Below, piece by piece: positions 55,081-64,000 of a stretch of 64,000 nt of DNA. A program made the position numbers and the translations under genes. Where the stretch lies: the NCBI GenBank assembly GCA_050230475.1, contig JBFLGF010000045.1, positions 1-64,000 on the forward strand, given 5' to 3'. The DNA is from Ancylonema sp. Lineage: Eukaryota. Under the pieces are notes generated by a model, which saw only the letters and a list, made by a program, of their open reading frames with translations, was not told the DNA's origin and did not search any database. Within the stretch, counting starts at the first letter, position 1. The number at the start of each line of letters is the position of its first letter.

Positions 55081-56412
55081 TCACATCATCCCCCTCCTCC
55101 AAATGGACGACAGAGCAAGCGCCACCACAACTCGCCTGCTGGCACCAGCTGGCAGTCCTAGTTCTGTGAGCTCATTCTCGGAAAGTTCCGGAAGCTCATC
55201 CATGTCCACCCATCCCTCCAGCAGGCAGGTAGTGAAGGAGCCCAAACCGATTTGGTCCATGAAAGCAACGACACGGCCGTCCGGCTGCGGGTTACCCTCC
55301 CCCTTCCCTACCCAGGGTTGGGGGTTGGGGAGGAGGGGAGGGGCTGGGGCCAGTTCGTCAAGAATCTCTAGAGGAAGGTCATAGCTGGAGGGGCATTGGG
55401 TTGGGGCGATGGCAGGTGGGGCGGATGGGGATAGTGCAAGAAGCTCTTGTATGAAATATTCGAGAGATGCGCTTGCGCTGCCAGGTGGCGCACCACCACC
55501 CCATGAGGGCTGTGAGGCAGCCAGTGGAAATGGGGGGGGGGCTTGTGGCAGTGGGGAAGGGGAGGGGATAGGAGCTGACTTAGAGCGAGGTTGCGGGTTT
55601 AGGTTTTGGAAGACGCTGAATTCGCTGTTGCTGGGCGCTTGAAGCCCAAGCCCAGAGTTTGGTGAGCGCAGACTGCGAGAGGAGGGGGAGGAGAAGGCGG
55701 GCGGGGTTTGGAATTGAGGTGCAGCCGAGATTTGTGGACTGGTATGGGCAGTAGTGGAAGCGGAGGAGAGGCGGTGAGACAGATGAGGGGGAATGGTTGC
55801 ACAGGGTGGGGGGATTGCGATGGGAGGGATGGGTGGGAACGCTACCGAAGGGAAGGTCCAGGGGATGGGGGGGCTGGAAAGGGGATGTGAGTTCTGGATA
55901 TGGAGGCAGGCCTCCCAGAAGGAGATGGGGCGGTGGGGGGGGGGACTTGAGTGGGGAGGGTGGGGATGAGGATTACAGTAGAAGGGGGGTTGAAGGGGGT
56001 GGTACGGAGGTTGCGGGACGAGGTGGTTAGGTGGCAACCAGAGGGATGGGGTGGGGATTGGGGGCTGGTACATTGGAGGGTAGGGGGCTGTGGGGCGGAG
56101 GAAATGCGAGTGAATATCGCTGGAAGCTGAAAAGGAAACGGGAGGTTCAATTGCGCGTACTTGGCGGCTGGCATTGTCTGACGTGAAGGATGTGCCGCGG
56201 TACAACCATGTGTCATCCTCAGGCATGTTCTCCGGATGGGACGAAGGAGTGGCGTTGGAGGCAGAGGGGGACATGCTGTCTCCCGGGGGGACATCTTGCA
56301 TGGAGGGGCCAGCGAAGGTTTGGTGAAAGCCAGATACGTCAGCAAAGTATAGATTCGTAGCCTCAAGATTTGTACCCCAGTTCAGATTCCCTGTAATCGT
56401 GACGCGTGTCAA
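55081..56412 (-). CDS. Proline-rich protein with a C-terminal SAM domain (first in-frame ATG at 56301)
   Basis: 443-codon ORF ending VVAFMDQIGLGSFTTCLLEGWVDMDELPELSENELTELGLPAGASRRVVVAL, which fits the SAM helix pattern. Confidence 0.7.
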   Translation of the reverse strand: MTRVTITGNLNWGTNLEATNLYFADVSGFHQTFAGPSMQDVPPGDSMSPSASNATPSSHPENMPEDDTWLYRGTSFTSDNASRQVRAIEPPVSFSASSDIHSHFLRPTAPYPPMYQPPIPTPSLWLPPNHLVPQPPYHPLQPPFYCNPHPHPPHSSPPPHRPISFWEACLHIQNSHPLSSPPIPWTFPSVAFPPIPPIAIPPPCATIPPHLSHRLSSASTTAHTSPQISAAPQFQTPPAFSSPSSRSLRSPNSGLGLQAPSNSEFSVFQNLNPQPRSKSAPIPSPSPLPQAPPPFPLAASQPSWGGGAPPGSASASLEYFIQELLALSPSAPPAIAPTQCPSSYDLPLEILDELAPAPPLLPNPQPWVGKGEGNPQPDGRVVAFMDQIGLGSFTTCLLEGWVDMDELPELSENELTELGLPAGASRRVVVALALSSIWRRGMM

Positions 56413-56875
56413 ATATGGACATTGACGGCCAGCAGCAGCACGAGTGCGTTCACGGATGCCTTGTGTACGGCCTGCCGATTCCGGAATGTGGATCCGACTC
56501 AGAAGCCGCCGTGAATTCAGCCTCGTACTCCCGTTAACAGGTTGTCAAAGCGCACGCCTGTGCCTGATCTCGCTGTCAGGAGAACGGTTGTGGTTGTCGG
56601 AGATGGGGCATTCAGATTGCAGCTGTGCGAGCTGAGTCCCCAATCCTGTCGGGAAAGTTTAGTGCGAGGGATGGTTTGCATACCAGATTTGAATGTCAGA
56701 GGCGCGTTAAGAGTGAGATACGAACGACTGGAGATAATTGGATCAGTGTCGGCATTGGGAACAAGGATACTTAAACAATTAGGATATGTAGTTTTTATAC
56801 AGGCACGTTCTTGTAATGAGATGGGGTTCCCGTCGTTTTTCAATAATATACAATTCTCTTAATTGATTAGCACAG

Positions 56876-57029
56876 TACAGTAAATATTCGTTATAGGCAC
56901 ACTAGTTATGGGCTCAATCGCATTGCAGGCAACAGAATCGCGTGTTCCAACTTTCCCCCATCAAATCGTCTTCGTTATGGGCACACAAAAAAGGGCGATT
57001 TTATGCTTATAACGAATTCTGACGTCGTA
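56876..57029. mobile_element. Degenerate Tc1/mariner (pogo-like) MITE
   Basis: TA|CAGTAAATATTCGTTATAGGC with an inverted GCTTATAACGAAT...TA. Confidence 0.45.
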
Positions 57030-57194
57030 AAACATGCTGACGTGACAGATATGATGACACACGTGGGAGACACACGTCGATGTGTTCGTTAGTGCGGTGG
57101 CACGTGCGTGTGTATTCGTTGTAGCGGTGCTTAACACGTGTGCGTGTAGACGATGCTAAATAGCACGACAGAGTGAATATGATACCATTGCAAG

Positions 57195-57823
57195 AGAGAA
57201 TTGTATAATATTGAAAAACGTCGGGAACCCCATCTCATTACGAGAACGTGCTTGTAAAGAAACTACATATCCTAAAAAACGACAAATATGTGAGCCGATT
57301 GTATTGGACAAAACTAGCAACAATATGCAACTCCGAAGAATGAAGTGGAACGCGCGGTGGTGGGGGAGGTAACAACGCCATGGATTGCTCTAGACGTAGG
57401 GTTCTAGCATGTATCGCATGTGCTAGCGACCGTTGCAATGCAATCGACACTCTCTAACGGAACCATGTGCACAACAAGCTAATGGACGGCCTTGATCCTC
57501 CACACTCCCTACGTGCTAACGTGGCACACTCGACCAGAAATCCATCCGACCTATCACACAATGCACCGTACGTTTCAAGAGCAAAGTGAATTTCGTCCCA
57601 GCCGCGTGATCCCGATAGTGGGTTTCCTTCCTTCGCTTCGCATTTGTGGAAGCGACGAGATCATGTCTAGTGGCGCGCTCCACCAAATCACGATGGGTAG
57701 GGGCTGCGACAACAAGGTCGACCAAAGTGTGCCCCAGCGCAGCATCCGAAATCACAATATCGACACGCTCTCCGCGCCCCCCGGGAGCCGACAAAGGAGG
57801 CAAGCTAGTGCGTTCCCGATTGC
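57195..57823 (-). mobile_element. 5'-truncated CRE-like non-LTR retrotransposon (restriction-like endonuclease domain and 3' UTR), degenerate
   Basis: RVDIVISD...LVDLVVAAP...KRRKETHY...; SIALQRSLAHAI. Shorter copies in the opposite orientation at 56778-56860 and 58270-58510. Confidence 0.75.
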
Positions 57824-59334
57824 AAGTATTCACACTACAATCAGCGAATAAGACAATATTTCATGATGATTTTTTTTCAGCGACATGCCAGTTTACAAAC
57901 TCTGATGGCAAAATTTTGAGTTTCCGTCATTACAGCCACATCTCCCTCAGGGCCCCTGGTAGGGCCTGTAACGCGATGTCCACGGTACAGACAAAACCAT
58001 GTTATAGGCACATGTTTTCCGTGGACCAAAGGCCTATGATGAGTATTTGCTGAATAAAGGAATCGGCGAACCCGAATACGTAGCTAATATCTTGTTATTC
58101 GGGTCCCATTCCATCCAAGTTTCGGTCCTTATATGCCTTCATGCCTTTCATGCGTCAGCAATCCTTCGACCCGTTTGACGACATCTCAAACTACTAGAGA
58201 GAGTGTGCAGGATCGAGGCCCTCTATTGGATTGTTGTGCACATGGTTCCGTCAGAGAGTGTAGATAGCTTTGCAACGGTCGGTTGCACATGTGACACATG
58301 CTAGAACCATACGTCTAGAGCAATCCATGGCCTTGTTACCCTCTCCACCACTGCGCGCTCCACTTTCTTTTGTGGAGTTGCATATTGTTGCTAGTTTTGT
58401 TTACTACGATCGGCTCACATATTTGTAGTTTTTAGGATATACAGTTTTTATACAGGCACGCTCTTGTAATGAGCTGGGGTTCACATCGTTTTTCAATGAA
58501 ACACAATCCTCTTCTGAAATTGTTATGGTTTGTGCACCACGACTAGTTATTCTTGAACGCCACGTCCGCGGTTGGATCCAAAAATGAGTAGTGCGACGCA
58601 GCGTGTGAAATCCTATCACAGGATGTCAGGTTGTGCGCATCCCCCAGCCTTTAAGAAACACAAATGGGCGGAATTTAGGATTTGATGCTGGAGCCATGAC
58701 ATCAAATTTAAAGTAGAGTTGCACAGTACCCATCTTGTGTCTAATAAGTTTCTGATATGATACAGCGTATCGGCGATGTCTGCCACGTATCGAGTTTCCG
58801 ATACGCATATTGTATCGAGCCGATACGCATATGCTATTGGACATGCGGTACGTATCTCCTGCCAAACTTGTGTAAATAGGGCAAACACACCATTGCAACA
58901 AGGCGTGACAACAAACGATATCCTTTTGCCAGAAAAAAATCCCCCGCTAAAAGGGACACAAGCCGTATTATGTCGTATTGTATCGGACACTGACACACTT
59001 AAAAATCGGTTAAAGTTCTGAAGTTCTGAAGTCATGTAGAACGCAATTCCTGAATGCATCCGTATTGTTGGCATTGACATTAGAAATGCATTGATCGTAG
59101 AGCCATCCTTCATGTTGATTTTTTAAGTAAAAAACGGCTATCTAGGCCAATCACACATGGTCCACATTGAAGATTTGTGTGAGGACGTACAATCATGACT
59201 TCCAAAGAGTTGTACTTGTGAAGCCCTTTGGGTTAAATAAACCATAATGAAGACATTCACATGATACATATTTTCATGTCTTCTCTGTACATGAATAGGG
59301 GAGGTAAAGTGAGAGGCAATCGCAAGGTCCACTT

Positions 59335-61585
59335 TTACCCTAGTGCCATAAGAAACTCTCCCTCACAAACTACATCCTTCCCCACATATGCTTTGCCTTC
59401 CATCTTTGCGATTCCGAACCGCTTTTGAAGCTTGATGAGCGTCATCCGCATCACAAGGGTGTCACCAGCGACAACTGGTTTCCGAAACCGCACCTGCAGA
59501 CAGCACCATGAGGGGAGGGCAGATATGTTTCAATCACGATGCAAAACTACAAGTACAGCTAGCACTCAATTGCACTTTGGTCACTTCCAAGTAAGTTACT
59601 TCCTCAAAAATACGATTTTCGAAGGTCAGGGGTTGGGAGTGAGGGTTGGTTTGAGTCACCAAAATGCGCGAGGAGGAGAAGTAGGATGTTGGCAGCTTCC
59701 ACTCACCATCCGGCTGATGATAATAATGATATGATTAAAAAATGATGCATTGTGAGGGAGTCCCTCGCTATCATTGGCATCATATCCCTGATGATATAAC
59801 CATCACGTACCTCTGTAGGTATCCCAGAATTTCGTTTGGTACCTTACCTCTGTGTTATTGATACCAAACATTACTTTATTTCATGAGGTGCGGCTCTTCT
59901 CTGGTTCCGAGTGCCTGACCTTGTCGACTCCAGCGAAGAAGAAGTTTTCCTTGGACCCTCCCACCTCCGGATTGAGCATCACAATACCACCTACTTGCGC
60001 CATAGCCTGGATCACCAATTGGGAACAATCAGGAAGCCTGTTTTTGAGGTATTGAATATGCTTCACACCATTTTCAGAAGCGTCACGAAATGTAAGAAAG
60101 CACTGATAGGTGCAGGCAGATGCATGGGGAAGGGGTCTCCACACAAGATGATGGTCAATGCTGTTAGGTCTCAAGTTCGCTCCACTTCATCGACTCAATC
60201 AAAGTCTTGCGAATTCTGAGAAACCGAAAACCCACAGGCATTGTAAAACACAAAGCTAAACACATTGAACTTCCATCCACAGTCATTGCAGCGTTGGATG
60301 GCGTAGGAGAAACATACTTCTACCATCAGCACCCCAGGCATGATGGGCCTCTCGGGGAAATGCCCGGGAAAGAATTGATCGTTGATGGTCACGTTCTTGA
60401 TCGCTACAGCTGATACGCCCTGCTCGTATTCGATGACGCGATCCACGAGCAGGAAGGGGAATCTGCAGGACGGTGAATGAGGAATTGGGACGGATTTGTA
60501 TGGTGAGGGATCACCGATCCTACAGGTCTCAGCACCATTGGAATTCCGCACAGAGCATTGCTGTCCAACCACATCTGGACACGATTCAAAAGGACAAGAA
60601 ATTACAGAGCAGAGACGGATTTGCAGAAATGAGTGCTTGAGGAACTGCCAGCCTTGTGAGGTGCATTCTACAAGCGTCAACACATGCCTCTTCTGACAAG
60701 TTCAAGTTCGCAAGACAGCAATGAGCGTGTGAAGAGAGGTCCTTGCTCCTGATACTAGAGCTGCAGATGCATGTGGAGGTTGACGACGCACAATGCCTGA
60801 ATGTCTATCTATGTTTACCAATGTATATACCTATGAGGAAGAATTTCTCTGATCTGATTGATGTCCATGACAGTTGGGTAAGCATCGTATCCTGCGCAGG
60901 CACTGAAGCGACAGATCAGCTGAGCCCGCATGGAGAGATGTGAGTTGATTCCATATCTTTGTGAAACATGAATTGATTGAACACTAATACTTGTTCGACA
61001 AAAAATACGTATTTTGAGAAGTGTAGAATGATGTGGTCAAGTCTACTTTGATATGGGTATTGATGTTTTAAGCCCACCAAATAGCCCTCTACACGTTTTT
61101 GCGAGGTGAGAATCAAACATGTTGAATTCACCTTGTCATCAAACGCAGCTTCACAAGGGAAGACACATTTTCTATGGAACAACTCAAATATACGCAGTAA
61201 ATATGGCATGTGTGTAGCTTGCACATTGACTGTACTAGGTCGCATAGAATCGTGAATTCGTACCCAGAACATTCGATAAAAACTTACTCAGCTCAATTGG
61301 CACAGAGTCTCCGGGTACACCTTTAGCTCCCTCTTCATTGACATTTGGAGCTGCAACTTCCGTCAGGCTCACAGGAGTAACATTCGAGGACTCTGCTGTG
61401 ACTCGGCATTCTCTCCCTTTCTTAAAGGACGAGTACCCCCTAGGTACATTTGATGTGAAGGAATGGACACTCCCGTGAAACGACGAATTCAAGCTACCCT
61501 GCTTTTGATTCTGTCGACGACATTTAGAAAAGTGCAGGTCGCTTGCTACAATGTGGCCAGCGCAAGCGGCAGTAAGCGCTGCCAT
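59335..61585 (-). CDS. fabZ: Plastid 3-hydroxyacyl-ACP dehydratase, 5 exons
   Basis: Transit peptide, [22 protein letters not shown]...[26 protein letters not shown]...[19 protein letters not shown]...[12 protein letters not shown]. Confidence 0.97.
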
Positions 61586-62140
61586 GAGCAGGTATGCAGA
61601 AACTACACCGAGACTATGCGGATCTGCACCACTTGCAAGCACCACAACTCGCGAGGCGGCTAGCTTGTAGACCGCGTCTGCTCCAAATTCCTGTGCAACG
61701 AAGTTCTCGGACTAGGAACTACTGATACTACTGCTGCTGCTGCACGTCAATGTTTCCCGTCAATGGCACTCGCGAATGATTCTCTCCACCCAATTATTCG
61801 TAACCAAGTGGCGGGCTCCGCGCCGAACTTATGTGAGTTAGTAACCGAGCCAAGTGAGTAACTGCCTGAAATGTTGGCATGCGCCTGGCGTTTCATTTTT
61901 GCTGTTAGCCCCTTGCACGTACTGAAGAAGAGGCGCAAGCCCATCCGTTGATCGGCGAAGCTCAGTCCAGGCAATACTTTTGACCGAAAACATGCACCGA
62001 CACTGGACTTTGTGCTGCCTCAGTTGGGCCTTGCTCTACCGAGTTTTGACCCGAGAGCACCTCTTGAAACACTGTTTCTGCAGTTGATTATCCTCTGGCA
62101 CAGCACTTTCCAGCGCATAGGTTTGAGAATTCCGCTTGTC

Positions 62141-64000
62141 ATGGAATCCTTCGTCCAGAATGTAGAGCGGACTGTGATGCTGAGCAGTATGCCACTCGAA
62201 AAGTATGCAGAACTTTATTCATGCTTGGTAAAAAACACAAACAGAGTACAGCAGTGTCTGGGCCTTGACGAGAATAGATTCAAGAGACAGGATTTGCAGC
62301 AGGTACGGAATTTGATTGCTTTTGATTGAAATTCACGATTTTCCAGTCAACAAAGAAATGTGGACCTGATCGGGAGCTGAGTTGAATATGCTTTGACATA
62401 AAACAAATTTCTCTGCCGTTATTTCCGTTTGAAACTTGATTCTCACAAGTGGTGCCAGCCTTATCAGCCTGAAATTTTATGCACTTCCTGGTGCAGGTGC
62501 TAGCCCTCCACAATCTATCCTCTAGCAAAGGGAAAAAGGTATCGTGTTGTTTGTCTTAAATGCCAAGCCTATGGTGGCACTTTCCGTGTCAATTTCAGCC
62601 AGGAGTCACACTTTCGTGCTAAATTGGCAATTTGTGGTGAACAGGAAGTGCTGGACAGAATGATCAATCTGGAGCTCTTCAGACCCTTGCAGTCAACGGT
62701 TCGTCCAGTTCCGCTAGTGCCGACCCTGACAAGGCCCTCCAAGATTCGGGTGGCAGAAGTGGAAGAAGATTTGGCCGCCCTTGGTTTGATGGAGGGTCCT
62801 GTCGTGTTGATAGAGTGTGCCGATATGTTGTCTCAAGACTGTGCCGAGGTACAGCCCTGTGTCACACAAGAAGCTTCGAGTCCTACTCCGGACGAAGTTG
62901 TCATCGGTTGTCAAGTGGATGAAGGGCCTACAGCATGTGGAGGACAGAAGGCAGTTGAAGTCACTATTCCAGTATCTTCAGAGGCTCAACAGACTGAGTA
63001 CCTTACTGGTGCGTACAGCATGCTGAGAGCTTACAGGTTATAATAAGAAAAGTGCAATCTATCAGCCACTCAAACACGATATATCCCCCGAGAGATTGAA
63101 GGGTGACTTCAGAGACAGACCATGGGAATCCTTGATGGAGCATGCTGATTTATGAATCTCGATGAGAGGAATCAGCTAACAAATTCTTAATGTCGGAGTG
63201 TCTTTCTGTTTATCTGTCTAACAGAGGATGCGCCATCGAAGGTCTCTCCCAGCTGCGGCAATTGCAAGAAGCGAACGGCTGCCAAAATGATCATCCAGGT
63301 CAGAGCCATGTGAGAAAAGGAATTATTTAATGAGCTTGACATGCTATTGTGTGACTATTTCCACAATACTGTAGACCGCATATGATCAGGCCATGTGTGT
63401 GGCTGGTACAAGTAACAGAGAAACAGTGAAGATTGGATTCTTCCGAGAAGACACTCCCAATGTATGCTGAACTTCAATCAGTTTCAGTCCTTCAAGAATC
63501 ACACACCATTCGTGAAGAATGGTGTTTGATTCTGCCACTTTGGTCCAGTGCTCACATAATAAATGGCTTTGTGATTCGCCAAAGTTTTATTGTTTCTCCA
63601 GAGGCTACTCGGACTGATCTGATTGACAATCCCGCACGTATACAATTTGTGGCTATGACACAAGGTTTTCTCGCTATTGAAGACGTCAGACTCAAGGCTT
63701 TCTGATCCTCCCATCCAGGATGACAAGAGCATAGACGAAGTCGAAGCATCAAAGAAGGAAGCAACAAAGATTGTTCAGCCTGAAGTGCATATTGACAAGG
63801 CGCCACCGACTGAGTTTCGACAAGTCAAGAAAAACAAATTGTCGTGTGCCTCTCACACTGAGCAGCCAGCTTCATCTCTTGAGCCGGATTGTGAGGGATT
63901 TTTTCGTGAAGAACCTGCGGCAGGAGAAGTAAAGAAAAAGTCGCACAAGAGAAAGCAGCCAAGCCCTCTGAACAAAGATATGTCTGTAAACCGGGAAGCA
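62141..64000 (+). CDS. Unknown spliced gene running off the window; N-terminus resembles a plant DUF7787-type domain
   Basis: MESF...LEKY...DLQQ|VLALHNLSSSKGKK|EVLDRMINLELFRPLQST splice in phase 0. The family assignment is from memory of the LxxY...H...K...LxxPxRST pattern. Confidence 0.5.

Noticed and set aside
58715..59000. hAT-like MITE with CGATAC/GTATCG repeats
   Set aside because: The motif cluster is visible, but no matching second TIR or TSD was found.

Overview
Eukaryotic nuclear DNA with short GT-AG introns and plant-type genes. It most likely comes from a streptophyte green alga (inference from gene families and intron style; not provable here). Genes in order: carotenoid cleavage dioxygenase (5' half disrupted); a four-exon metallo-beta-lactamase fragment between two single Ns; a truncated hAT-transposase-derived gene; two CBM4/9(CBM22)-GH10 xylanase paralogs flanking RRP40; KRR1 with a 922-bp tandem duplication of its 5' end; frameshifted NDUFB3; a second, full-length hAT-derived gene in inverted orientation; a subtilase; an orphan coiled-coil gene between 0.42-kb direct repeats; an FkbM methyltransferase; an Agenet protein; a Pro-rich SAM protein; plastid FabZ; and a partial unknown gene. 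Repeats include CRE-like retrotransposon tails, Harbinger and Tc1-type MITEs, and microsatellites. Main leads: (1) an intron-rich, apparently catalytically dead hAT-derived gene pair that differs by one precise intron; (2) a ~290-nt highly structured candidate ncRNA behind a snRNA-like promoter, directly upstream of one hAT copy; (3) lesions concentrated in nearly every gene of the left 27 kb while the right-hand genes read clean, pointing to a decaying duplicate block or poor local assembly. Exon boundaries were read by eye and repeat limits are approximate.
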